From the IMG/VR virus record IMGVR_UViG_3300046010_008569, positions 6,143-70,142 of that record: a stretch of DNA of 64,000 nt; one strand, given 5' to 3'. Both the position numbers and the translations under genes were made by a program. Under the pieces are notes generated by a model. That model was not told the DNA's origin. It ran no database searches and was given only the letters and a program-made list of their open reading frames with translations. Below are positions 19,668-28,867 of this stretch, piece by piece. The stretch comes from a virus. The number at the start of each line of letters is the position of its first letter. Positions within the stretch are counted from its first letter, which is position 1.

Positions 19668-22167
19668 CGCGGTCCTCCGCTTTGTTCATAGTTTCCAACG
19701 CCATACGCAGGGCATCTAGTGCCGACTGAGCGTTGGCTTGGCGTTCGCCAAGCTCGTTGCTGCCTTGGGCCTGCATGGCCTTAATGGCAAGTTCGATGCC
19801 CTTAAGCTGCAATTCAGCGAGGGCGATTTGAGCCTCAAGGCGCTCCTTCTCCGAGGTCATCTTGACCTTCTCTGCGTCGGAGACGGCCTTCGACTGAGCA
19901 GCCATGGCCTTGACCTGGACTTCCATCTCCTTGATCTTGAGCTCCTGCTGACGCAGGATGACCATCGGGTCCTGAGCGGCCTGAGCGTTAGCCTGAGCCT
20001 TGGCCTCGGCCGTGTTGCGTTGCAGGACTCGGTCGCCAGCCTCAGCCATCAGGCGCGACAGCGCGCCTTCAACGGCAGGATCAACCGGTTGGCCTGGCGC
20101 CGGAAGAGTGATGCCGGCCTCAACCTCGACACGGCGGCGATAGCCCATCGCTACGTGCTCTGCGATGTGGGCAGCCATGCCGGCCTGAATGGCGGCAGCG
20201 TTCGGGTTCTGACCGATCATCTGCTGCATAAGCGGGTCTTGTGCCGCGGCCATGTGGACGCGGATATGCGCTTCGTGGTCCTGCTCGAGGAACGCCTTAA
20301 CCGGACGCATCATGATGACGTTCATGTTTTCCGTGACCGGGTCCATCGGGACGAACTCGTCAGGAAGCGGAACGATCTTTTCTGCGTTCGGGATTTCCAT
20401 GGTCTCCACCAGAGACCGGTGGAGAAGGGCCATGTCGTAGTATTGAGGCTGCTTCGACGCGAGCGTCTCAGCCGCGCTAAGGCGCATAATGCGCTGGCTC
20501 ATGGTCGATCCTGACGGATCGGCCGTTGGGATGATGTTCGTGGCTAGGAAGTCTTCCTTACGGCTATGGGGGCCGTCATCGGTCGGGTATTCGTAGCCAT
20601 CGTCCATTTCATTGGCGATGATGTCTTTGAACGCACGGAGCTCTTGCTCCATCGAGATGTAATTCCGGACGCCAATCGCAGAGATAACCCGGGTATGCCG
20701 CTCAATCAGCGCCAGGGTAGTGCCTACGGGCGCGTTGGCTCCGCCAGCGTCGCCAATCTTCATGTCCGACAGGGAGCCGATGCGGCGTCCTTCGTCAACG
20801 AGGACACCAAGCAGCTGTGCTAGAACCGCGGACGGCTCTTTCGTCGGAACCCACTCGATTGACTTCGTCAACATGCCTGGCGGCAGGTCAACGTCACGGA
20901 GTTCGCCCGGCCGGAGCGGCTGGTCATCCCCCTTGATGCGAAGATTGCGGGACTTGAAGCCGCTCGGCACATTGTTCATCGTGCCGGCGTCTACCAACTG
21001 GCGCAAAATCGACGTGGCGGCGTCCGAGACGCCACCAAGAATGTGGATCAGACCGATGCCATACGGGCCAAAGCCCGGGGAAAACTTGTACTGAGAGAAG
21101 TGCGTGCGGCGCTTGAGAAATGGCTCGTCTTCATCATAATTCCTATAGATTGCAAGGATTTGCTGCGCATCCTTGTCAATTGTGATGATGTACGGAAGCT
21201 TGATTCCGGAGACTTCCCCGTCATCTTTCTTGTGCTCAAAGCCAGGAAGATCAACGTCAACGTACATCTCCAAGAGATCGCACGTCTCGTCCAGGTCATA
21301 GGGCTTCGACTGGCCCTGAAGATCATCGACCTTCTCTTGAACATCCGTGGGGGAGGATGTCATGGCCTGGGTATCGATGTCGCGATAGAAACCGATGGAC
21401 GCCAGCTTCAGAATATCGTTCCGCGGCGTCTCAGCCATCCAGTGCGTGTACCGCGGCGAGGTCTCGAGCGTGGTTGTGCCGTAGGACATGACCAGATAAT
21501 CGGCCGGCACCATCTTCGCGACAGGGCGCTTGCGGATCGGGTCTCGGTAAAGCTTCCTGAAGCACGAGCCAGCGAGGGCCTGGCGGAATAGAGTCATCTC
21601 AAGATCGTCCCGGTTCTCGGGCATCTTGACTGTCAGCTGGTAATTGAGCTCGTCCTTGACGCGCTTGCCGCGCTTGCGGATAGCCGTCTCATGAGACCCC
21701 GGTATAAAGACGCTGGCAGGGCCCCTGGCAGGGAAAAGCTCAATAGCAGCTTCTGCCACATAGCGCATCAGCGCCTCGGCCAGGACCGGATGGAAGACGC
21801 CGCAGGCGTCCTTCCAGGGGAGGGTTCGCTCTTCGATCTTGAGGCCTACGAGATCAAGGCCTTTCTTGTAGACATCGTACCATTCAGAGCGGGCCTGAAG
21901 GTCAACGTCGAAATCATGCAGCAGTTGGTTGCAGAGATTGGCTAAGTCTTGCTCTTCCATGTGGACGGCAAGGTTGGCGTTCCATTCGGGCTCCTCACCG
22001 AGGGTGTCTTCCTCGTCAAGGTCGATCTCGACGGCTTCGCCATCGACAATAATGAACGCCGGGCCTTCTTCGTCGTCGTCTACCTCGACCTCAATATCAG
22101 CAATGCCGTCATCAAGCGGCATGGGGATATCCCCTGCGCCACGATCTGTGCGTTGGAATTGAGACAT
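19573..22167 (-). CDS. Portal protein
   Basis: 864 aa after terL; PW..ACGV.HP.LAEA, GFGPYG.GL.H, LRQL.DAGT, PVGTT.AL.E; long C-terminal coiled coil (P22-like barrel). Confidence 0.85.
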   Translation of the reverse strand: MSQFQRTDRGAGDIPMPLDDGIADIEVEVDDDEEGPAFIIVDGEAVEIDLDEEDTLGEEPEWNANLAVHMEEQDLANLCNQLLHDFDVDLQARSEWYDVYKKGLDLVGLKIEERTLPWKDACGVFHPVLAEALMRYVAEAAIELFPARGPASVFIPGSHETAIRKRGKRVKDELNYQLTVKMPENRDDLEMTLFRQALAGSCFRKLYRDPIRKRPVAKMVPADYLVMSYGTTTLETSPRYTHWMAETPRNDILKLASIGFYRDIDTQAMTSSPTDVQEKVDDLQGQSKPYDLDETCDLLEMYVDVDLPGFEHKKDDGEVSGIKLPYIITIDKDAQQILAIYRNYDEDEPFLKRRTHFSQYKFSPGFGPYGIGLIHILGGVSDAATSILRQLVDAGTMNNVPSGFKSRNLRIKGDDQPLRPGELRDVDLPPGMLTKSIEWVPTKEPSAVLAQLLGVLVDEGRRIGSLSDMKIGDAGGANAPVGTTLALIERHTRVISAIGVRNYISMEQELRAFKDIIANEMDDGYEYPTDDGPHSRKEDFLATNIIPTADPSGSTMSQRIMRLSAAETLASKQPQYYDMALLHRSLVETMEIPNAEKIVPLPDEFVPMDPVTENMNVIMMRPVKAFLEQDHEAHIRVHMAAAQDPLMQQMIGQNPNAAAIQAGMAAHIAEHVAMGYRRRVEVEAGITLPAPGQPVDPAVEGALSRLMAEAGDRVLQRNTAEAKAQANAQAAQDPMVILRQQELKIKEMEVQVKAMAAQSKAVSDAEKVKMTSEKERLEAQIALAELQLKGIELAIKAMQAQGSNELGERQANAQSALDALRMALETMNKAEDRGERRESAEKTARAKTRAKGESRRKPADKPKS

Positions 22168-23733
22168 TTAGTAAACCCGTCCTGACGGCCGGACGCTGCC
22201 GATCTCGTCGTCTTCAAACAACTGGTGCGTATCGTAATCTGAGCCGATAAAGGACCGATCTCGCAAATATTGCACGGCCTGCGTTACAGTATCTGCCAAG
22301 TCGTCATTCTCCCCGCGAGGAAGATCGGCGCATTCCTCGATAGTTACATCATTTAAGGGGCAATCTGTATTGTACCAGACCACCCCAGATGCAAAGATGT
22401 CCGCGACATTATTTGCCCGGGCCACTTTATCGTTGCTCGCCCCGCCCGCTTTACGGGCAGGGACGTAAGATTCGACTGGGAAGCCGGCGTAGTGGAGTTC
22501 ATCGATTAACGATATACCGCTACCGCGGCCTTCGACCAGGATCACGTCCACAAAATCGCCGGTTCCGTAGTCTTGCTTGACCTGATACTTGAGCGCCGGG
22601 AACTCGAGACGATCCCGATAGCTGTCAATCAGCATGATGTTGGCCTTGTTCCGGCCATCGGCGTCTGGATGGTAGAACACACCCCAGCGCGTGCGCGCTG
22701 AGAAGTTGTTGGCGGTCTTTGAGGTGAAGGCCGTGTCCCAGCTGTCGAGGACGTAGGAGAAAGCCGGCAGCTGGCTCTTCTGCCATGGGCGCCAGTGATC
22801 GCGCTTGATGATCGCGCCGCCTTCGGTCGTCGGATTCTGGAGGTACTGAGCGTTCCACCGGGCTGGCGGAATTTCCGCCCTGATTTTCATGAGCTCTTCG
22901 TAGGACCAGAACTCGGGCCACAGTGGGTTCTTTGTTTCTTCAAAGACGGCCGGGAAGCTGAAGTCTTTCCAGTCTTCGATGTTGCCCTGATCCAGGGCCT
23001 TGGCCATGATCTGGCCTGACATATCGCGCTTCGACCAGCGCGTCATACACAGGACGATAACGCCGCCAGGCTGAAGGCGCTGGCGAGCCAACCCGTACCA
23101 CTCAAATGCATCATCGAAGATTTTGGGGTTGTATTGACCCAGCAGCGCATCCGTTTCGGAATGGGGGTCATCGATGTTGAGGATGTGAGCACCGCGGCCC
23201 GCGAGGGCGCCGCCAACACCGGTGGCGTAGTAATCGCCACCCCTGCTAGTGTTCCAGCGGCCGGCAGAGCGGCTGTCTGCTTTGATCGTGACGCCACCGA
23301 AGAGGTCCTTGTATGGTTGAGATTCCATGGTGTCGCGAACGCGACGACCGAAGCCGGACGCAAGTTCGGCTGTGTTGGAAACCTGAATGATCTTGTTGCT
23401 AGGATGGTGTCCGAAGTAGAAGCTGGGGTTCAGCCATGAGCAGAACTCAGACTTCGTGTGTCGAGGCGGGAGGTGGATGAGGACCCGCTTTAGTTCGCCG
23501 CGGTTAATCCCATCGAAGATTTTAGCCATCTCTCGATGGTGCCGGCCTTCAACGAACTTTCCGACATACTGCGGGAACATATATCGGGCATACCCGATGA
23601 AGGTGTTTCGAGCGTCCTCGAGCTCACGCTTATTCCGATAGTCCTCCAGCATTCGGAGGATTTCACGCTGATCGGAAATGGGTAGCTTAGCGATCTCATC
23701 GAGATCGAGATCAGGTAGGGGTGGCGTACCCAT
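22168..23733 (-). CDS. terL: Terminase large subunit
   Basis: LPPRHTKSE Walker A, GRGAHILNIDDP Walker B, MTRW, SWDTA nuclease, NDDLADT. Confidence 0.95.
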   Translation of the reverse strand: MGTPPLPDLDLDEIAKLPISDQREILRMLEDYRNKRELEDARNTFIGYARYMFPQYVGKFVEGRHHREMAKIFDGINRGELKRVLIHLPPRHTKSEFCSWLNPSFYFGHHPSNKIIQVSNTAELASGFGRRVRDTMESQPYKDLFGGVTIKADSRSAGRWNTSRGGDYYATGVGGALAGRGAHILNIDDPHSETDALLGQYNPKIFDDAFEWYGLARQRLQPGGVIVLCMTRWSKRDMSGQIMAKALDQGNIEDWKDFSFPAVFEETKNPLWPEFWSYEELMKIRAEIPPARWNAQYLQNPTTEGGAIIKRDHWRPWQKSQLPAFSYVLDSWDTAFTSKTANNFSARTRWGVFYHPDADGRNKANIMLIDSYRDRLEFPALKYQVKQDYGTGDFVDVILVEGRGSGISLIDELHYAGFPVESYVPARKAGGASNDKVARANNVADIFASGVVWYNTDCPLNDVTIEECADLPRGENDDLADTVTQAVQYLRDRSFIGSDYDTHQLFEDDEIGSVRPSGRVY

Positions 23734-24103
23734 TATCGGAAAGCGCCTTCATATATTGACGATACTCTTTCCTAGATAAATCCGAGTAGACGATCCCATC
23801 GGGAAGATGATCTCGCTTCACGCATAGATATTGGCCATCGGCCATGTAGACTTTATCGACGCCGTCGAGGACGGCAGTGAAAGCTTCGGCGCCCTTGTCG
23901 GTCAGAACACACCAGTCCTTGCCGACAGGCAAATAACCAGGGTCCACAATGTATCCTAGAGCAATGCACCGGTTCTTCCTTTGAAGGCCGGTGCAGTTGT
24001 CGATCTCAAGCAGCTTGCAGAGTTCCGTATTGCTCGGTGGCTTGCCCAGCTTCCCCATAAGGTAGAGGTAGCTGTAGATGAACTCGAATAGCGTGGCGGG
24101 CAT
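23711..24103 (-). CDS. Putative winged-helix DNA-binding protein
   Basis: G.PPS..EL...L (LexA N-domain-like) and LTDKG wing. Confidence 0.45.
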   Translation of the reverse strand: MPATLFEFIYSYLYLMGKLGKPPSNTELCKLLEIDNCTGLQRKNRCIALGYIVDPGYLPVGKDWCVLTDKGAEAFTAVLDGVDKVYMADGQYLCVKRDHLPDGIVYSDLSRKEYRQYMKALSDNGYATPT

Positions 24104-24432
24104 TAGTGGGCCTTTGGCTGGGGCTCCAGCACGATCCGGACATTCGAGTCACTGAGCTTCGGGCAGCGAAGCTCCTCGCAATCCGTCACGGCAGATTCAA
24201 AGGCTTCAGCGAACTTCTTATTGACGATCACCCAGACATAGGGCTCGAGGATCGAGCGCTCCTTCTCGCTCCAGTCCGACATGACAAGCTCACCAATGGA
24301 CTCACGGCTAAGCATGTCGAAGGCAATGGTGGCAGCTGTCAGGCTGGGCTCCATGCCGGCCACAAACTTTCGCGTCTCGTCATAGACGAGGTTCGCGTTT
24401 TGTTCCACTTCGTTCTGGAGCTCTTCGTTCAT
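24103..24432 (-). CDS. Hypothetical protein
   Basis: Coupled ORF with AGGGG RBS. Confidence 0.6.
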   Translation of the reverse strand: MNEELQNEVEQNANLVYDETRKFVAGMEPSLTAATIAFDMLSRESIGELVMSDWSEKERSILEPYVWVIVNKKFAEAFESAVTDCEELRCPKLSDSNVRIVLEPQPKAH

Positions 24433-24446
24433 GATATCCCCTGTCG

Positions 24447-24489
24447 ATAAAATATAGGCCGGGCTGGCCTCCCCGCCAAACCCGGCCTA
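24447..24489 (-). terminator. Intrinsic terminator
   Basis: TAGGCCGGG/CCCGGCCTA stem followed by TATTTTAT on the minus strand. Confidence 0.6.
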
Positions 24490-24520
24490 CACTCTTCCCC
24501 CGTTTGCCCCCAGGGACTTA

Positions 24521-26179
24521 TTACGAGGCCGAAGGACCTTCAACAACGATCACCGGTTCAGCGGCCGGCTCTTCAGCTGGCTTTGCTTCTCCGGCAACCG
24601 GCTCAGCAGCTTTGGCTTCCTCGACGGCCACGTTCACTGCTTCGTTGAATACTTCAGCTGCGACAGCCTCGGCAGCAGCCGGGTCCTCGGCGGCGATAGC
24701 AGCCGCCTCAACCACGATGGCTTGAGCGCCATCGACTTGAACATCTACCGCTTCGACAACTTCCGTTGCCTCAAGAGCGGACTGCTCGGCGGCTACGTCG
24801 CGGGCTTCTTCCAGTTCAAGCTGGGCTTGATCAAAGGCGACATCTTCCGTCGCTTGTTCGACAACCGCAACTGCTTCAGCCGTGTTCAGGACTTCGTCCG
24901 GAACTTGCTCGGCAATGGCGACCACGTCGCTGGCAGCTTCCACCAGACCAGTGTCAACGATCAGGGCTTCTACCGTCGCTTCAGTGCGTTCGGCTTCGGC
25001 TTCCACATTGGCAGCGGCTGATGTTTCAGCAGCAGCGGCGGCGATCAGGGCATCGGCAGCAGCCTTGGCTGCTTCCTCAGCAGCTAGACGGTCACGCTCT
25101 TGCTCAGCAGCCAGGGCCTCGGCAGCAGCCTTCGCAGCGGCTTCAGCGGCAGCCAGTTCTTCAGCCGCGATGCGATCACGTTCCTGCTCGGCGGCAAGCG
25201 CCTCAGCGGCAAGACGTTCTGCCTCTGCCTTGGCGGCAGCTTCGGCCTCAGCGGCGACACGAGCAGCTTCCGCTGCTGCGGCCTCTTCAGCCAAGCGAGC
25301 AGCTTCAGCTTCGGCAGCGGCCTTAGCGGCAGCTTCGGCTTCAGCAGCTGCCCTAGCAGCGGCTTCGTCGGCAAGGCGTTGCGCTTCCGCAGCAGCGGCA
25401 GCTTCAGCAGCGGCTGCTTCTTCTGCGGCTACACGAGCCGCTTCAGCGGCGGCAGCTTCTTCAGCAGCTAGGCGCGTACGCTCAGCTTCCTCAGCTGCAA
25501 CACGCTCGGCATCGAGACGGGCAGCTTCAGCAGCAGCGGCCTCTTCGGCGGCGATGCGGGTACGCTCTGCTTCCGCGGCGGCAATAGCAGCCGCTTCCTC
25601 AAGGGCCTTGGCGGCAGCTTCGGCAGCCAGTCGATCAAGCTCAGCTTGAGCAGCAGCGGCTTCCTGTGCGGCGATGGCGGCAAGGCGCTCTTCCTCAGCT
25701 TTGGCGGCTGCGGCGGCGGCCTCCTCACGAGCCTTCAGGGCTGCGTCGATTTCCTCTTGAGTTGGAGCAGCCGGGGGAGCTTCTTCGCTCAACCCCGGCT
25801 GCAAGCCGTCACCCACCGGGTCTGGAGCGGGGGCGGCATCTTGTTCCACTACAATAACAGGACTCGGGATAATGTCAACCGGATTGTCAGTGACGACAAC
25901 AACCGGGCCTTGGGCCATCTCGTCTTGGATTTCCTGGTCGGCATCGCCGGACAGGATCAGGTTGCGGAAGTTGGAGACGTTCGAGAACGCCTTAGATTCA
26001 AAGGACTTGGCTTCTTCGGCCGCGCGCAGGGCGTCGGCCTCTCGCTTTTCCGCGGCAACGCGGATAGCCGCGTTCTCCTCGATTACAGACTCGAAAGCTG
26101 CAACGGCGCGCTGCGTGACAGAGGCGCTGTCCAGCCATTCCTTAACTACTGCTGCGAAACGCTTATCAAACGAAGACAT
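24521..26179 (-). CDS. Ala/Glu-rich long helical protein
   Basis: About 250 aa of EAAA/AAEE-type repeats; AAGGAAGG RBS. Confidence 0.75.
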   Translation of the reverse strand: MSSFDKRFAAVVKEWLDSASVTQRAVAAFESVIEENAAIRVAAEKREADALRAAEEAKSFESKAFSNVSNFRNLILSGDADQEIQDEMAQGPVVVVTDNPVDIIPSPVIVVEQDAAPAPDPVGDGLQPGLSEEAPPAAPTQEEIDAALKAREEAAAAAAKAEEERLAAIAAQEAAAAQAELDRLAAEAAAKALEEAAAIAAAEAERTRIAAEEAAAAEAARLDAERVAAEEAERTRLAAEEAAAAEAARVAAEEAAAAEAAAAAEAQRLADEAAARAAAEAEAAAKAAAEAEAARLAEEAAAAEAARVAAEAEAAAKAEAERLAAEALAAEQERDRIAAEELAAAEAAAKAAAEALAAEQERDRLAAEEAAKAAADALIAAAAAETSAAANVEAEAERTEATVEALIVDTGLVEAASDVVAIAEQVPDEVLNTAEAVAVVEQATEDVAFDQAQLELEEARDVAAEQSALEATEVVEAVDVQVDGAQAIVVEAAAIAAEDPAAAEAVAAEVFNEAVNVAVEEAKAAEPVAGEAKPAEEPAAEPVIVVEGPSAS

Positions 26180-26251
26180 GGAAACGACCCTTCCTTAGGA
26201 CCCTGAAAGTTGAGATAGCTTCGGGTTATGTACCCTACCCGGCGTGGTAAT

Positions 26252-26440
26252 TCAATCCCAGCCGGCGTACTGAAGATGGCCTTTCATGGAATTGTAAAAC
26301 CACTCAAGGGCATAGATCAGCGCCAGGCAAGAAGCCATGAAGAGAATCGCTTTGACGTTGATCGTCAAGCTGAAGATCAGCGCCACAAGAAAGACGAGAC
26401 CCTTCATCGGTAGAGCGAAGCTCCTGGCTGAGACTTGCAT
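26252..26440 (-). CDS. Small membrane protein
   Basis: Two hydrophobic segments; start uncertain. Confidence 0.45.
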   Translation of the reverse strand: MQVSARSFALPMKGLVFLVALIFSLTINVKAILFMASCLALIYALEWFYNSMKGHLQYAGWD

Positions 26441-26664
26441 TCAGCGATGTGCTGCTCGAGGATGGTTACGATCCTCTCGAGGCGCTGGATGTATTCCTTA
26501 CTTGGCCGCGGCGCTGAGGAGCAGATATGCATCCCGTTATGGTCGGGCAGCCAGCCGATCATGACATGGTGGGCGCCGTAGTTAGCGAGGTCGAAGCTGA
26601 TGGGATCGAGCTTCTGCTTGAAATAGCTTTCGGGCGTGATCGGCTGTTCGTTGATGAATGTCAT
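26404..26664 (-). CDS. Hypothetical protein
   Basis: Coupled ORF with AGGAG RBS. Confidence 0.6.
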   Translation of the reverse strand: MTFINEQPITPESYFKQKLDPISFDLANYGAHHVMIGWLPDHNGMHICSSAPRPSKEYIQRLERIVTILEQHIAECKSQPGASLYR

Positions 26665-26873
26665 CGGCCCATTAACTCCTGAGTTATCCGCGCTGCCTCA
26701 GCCTTGAGCTCCGCCATCTGCTGGCGAAGCTTGAACTCTTTCTGAACCGCGGTGTCAATCGTGCGTGATGCGGCCTTCCACGGGCCACCCCGCTCCGGCT
26801 CCCCGGCCGCAATGGACGCCTGCTCAAAGGCGTCCTTGAGGACGCACAGGATGTTTAGAGTTTCAGTGTTCAT
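26661..26873 (-). CDS. Hypothetical protein
   Basis: AGAAGGG RBS; coupled to the downstream gene. Confidence 0.6.
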   Translation of the reverse strand: MNTETLNILCVLKDAFEQASIAAGEPERGGPWKAASRTIDTAVQKEFKLRQQMAELKAEAARITQELMGR

Positions 26874-26895
26874 TAATAAACCCTTCTAAACTAAT

Positions 26896-27590
26896 CTAGC
26901 CGCCACACCCCTGTGCGGTTAATCGGCCTCTGCCGAACGGCTAGGATAGCGGTCAGTGAGGCTGCAACTAACCTTACGGCTGCTCCATGGAGCGTTGCAG
27001 TGGTCTCACCGAGCGCACTGGAGCGAGGGCTGGGCGGAACTCCAACTGTACCAGCTGTTAATGCAGCCTGGCTTCCCTTACGCCCTAGCTTTGCGTCTCC
27101 GCGCCACCGGGTCCTCGCAAACTTAATCTGCACCCCGGAACCACTAAGCGTTCTCCGGGTCATCACGCTATCACAAGACCCTTCCCATGGGTGATCTTGT
27201 GCATCCCTGTTTTACGGTTGTCTCCCTTCTGGGAGAGCCGCGTGCAGAACTTACAGTGGGCTTGGGTCGAAGCGATGAGTACACCCAATTCAACCCGACC
27301 GAGCGCGCCGGAACCCACATTAAATAAATGACAGCCAACCGCTAGTATCACGGCCCAGTCGCAAGTCTGACCCAGACGCCCATCGGCTTGCGATTCTCCA
27401 GGGCGAAGGTAGGCTGTCATTGTCTCTCGGGGAGCGGCCACGCTCCCCTTCCCCGCCAGGATAAATGGCCTTGCCTTGGCGGGAGTACCTTTGATCGGAG
27501 GCTCAGTGTCGAACTGAGGTGGCGCACACCAAGCACTCGCACGAATGCTCCCGGGAGAGTTCAACTCCCACACGTACCGCTACCCTCCGA
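26896..27590 (-). ncRNA. Putative large structured ncRNA or cluster of small RNAs, including a tRNA-like domain
   Basis: About eight consecutive closed stem domains tile the gap; G-U wobbles fit the minus strand. Confidence 0.6.
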
Positions 27591-27593
27591 GAC

Positions 27594-27995
27594 TCATAAC
27601 TCCTTCTTCTTGTCCTTATGCCAGGGCAGCTTAATCAACAAGCCCCCATCGATCTCAAACTCTGCCGCGGAGCGGCGTAATTTTGTTTTACCATCATGCG
27701 GTATCAAGACCGATTCGGCAAGTAAATCATTTTTAACAGGCGACGCCTTGCGGAGCTTAAGGACGCCATCCTCCGCTGGAACCAGCTTGATCCATCCAGC
27801 ATGATCGCCAGAGCCGATCTCCAGCGCCAGAAGAAAGCCATCACCTCCTCCAAACAGCGCCTGAGAAGCTTCGGCAGTGAGCATGACATACGGCGTCAAT
27901 CTTCCCTTAGAGCCTCTCCTGCGGGCTCCTATGCTGATTGCGGGGGTATTCTGAACGACCCCTTTAGTGGGTCGTTCGACGGGAGCGAATGTCAC
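27594..27995 (-). CDS. Hypothetical protein
   Basis: Coupled ORF. Confidence 0.6.
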   Translation of the reverse strand: MTFAPVERPTKGVVQNTPAISIGARRRGSKGRLTPYVMLTAEASQALFGGGDGFLLALEIGSGDHAGWIKLVPAEDGVLKLRKASPVKNDLLAESVLIPHDGKTKLRRSAAEFEIDGGLLIKLPWHKDKKKEL

Positions 27996-28207
27996 TCAGA
28001 ACCACCTTCTCGCTCATCCTCGGAGAGGGAGTAGTCCCAGCGACGGAAGGCGCTCGGGACCTCGCTCCCAGCATCTTTCCATTCCTTAACGATGTCAGCC
28101 ATGATGTCATCATTGGCTGGACCGCAGCATTCGTAGAGGCTGTCCACAGTGTAAAGGAGAAACTCTCGTTCGTTCTTTGCCGCGGCGGTTTCCGATTCAA
28201 TACTCAT
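27992..28207 (-). CDS. Hypothetical protein
   Basis: Coupled ORF (ATGA overlap). Confidence 0.6.
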   Translation of the reverse strand: MSIESETAAAKNEREFLLYTVDSLYECCGPANDDIMADIVKEWKDAGSEVPSAFRRWDYSLSEDEREGGSE

Positions 28208-28467
28208 CCTAGATCATCCTGCTGTGCTTCCGGTCGGTTGACCAGGTCTGGCCACTTGCCATCGTTGTACTCGCTGTACGCTCGTCGCCAGCCCTCGTAG
28301 AACTCCGGGCTGTCGTGCTCCCTGGGGAACCTACCTTCGACAAAGGCATTCCAGCCGGCAGCGAACTCAGTGTCGCCACCCTCATCGGAAAGCTTAAACA
28401 CCGCCACTCGGTCGTTTAGTCTGGCTACGGCATTGGTCATGTTCGCTACGCTCACATACGCAGCCAT
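28204..28467 (-). CDS. Hypothetical protein with Rmf/CrpP-like motif
   Basis: FAAGWNAF..G...EFYEGWRRAY; probable start 28467; the longer track ORF runs into repeat DNA. Confidence 0.45.
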   Translation of the reverse strand: MAAYVSVANMTNAVARLNDRVAVFKLSDEGGDTEFAAGWNAFVEGRFPREHDSPEFYEGWRRAYSEYNDGKWPDLVNRPEAQQDDLG

Positions 28468-28490
28468 GGCTGCTTCTTGCATCAACAGAT

Positions 28491-28608
28491 ATGTGACTTG
28501 GATTTGCATTGCAACTAACGTGATGGAGTTTTGTATAAAATTTTTGTAATGGGTATATGGGACCCAGTGATGTGATTTGGAAAATGTAATTTGGGAAATG
28601 TGATTTGT
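28491..28608. repeat. Direct repeats ATGTRAYTTG(G/T)
   Basis: Copies at 28491, 28570, 28584 and 28598, the last three at 14-bp period. Confidence 0.7.
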
Positions 28609-28765
28609 GTGGAGTTTGGATTGGAAATTTTTCTGGACTTGGGTCTGGATTGTTAATTGAATAGCGGGAGTGGGGCGCGCGTGCATAAGCGGGGGTGCGG
28701 GTGGGTGGGGTTTCGCGCGGAGGATAGCTCGGGCGTACGCGCGTGCTGTTGCCCCGAAGGGGCAA

Positions 28766-28811
28766 CATTACCGATTTGTAACTTGAGTTCCGGTTGGGTT
28801 CATGGGATGAT
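28766..28811 (+). promoter_or_regulatory. Putative promoter with TTAC-N6-GTAA operator
   Basis: CATTACCGATTTGTAACTTGAGTT is nearly identical to 30145-30168; TTGAGT-17-GATGAT. Confidence 0.45.
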
Positions 28812-28867
28812 GTAAGGGTCGAAAGCAGGCCCAGCGATGGGCTGGGTCATTCGATAGGGTCTTTGAC

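Noticed and set aside
24722-26206. Many long overlapping plus-strand ORFs
   Set aside because: These are shadows of the low-complexity Ala/Glu gene.
26891-27573. Track ORFs 26891..27166, 26913..27194 and 27163..27573
   Set aside because: No RBS, atypical composition, and they coincide with dense secondary structure.
28468-28768. N-terminal extension of 28204..28686 and ORF 28394..28768
   Set aside because: They translate the skewed repeat region into H/Q/T/P-rich, non-protein-like sequence.
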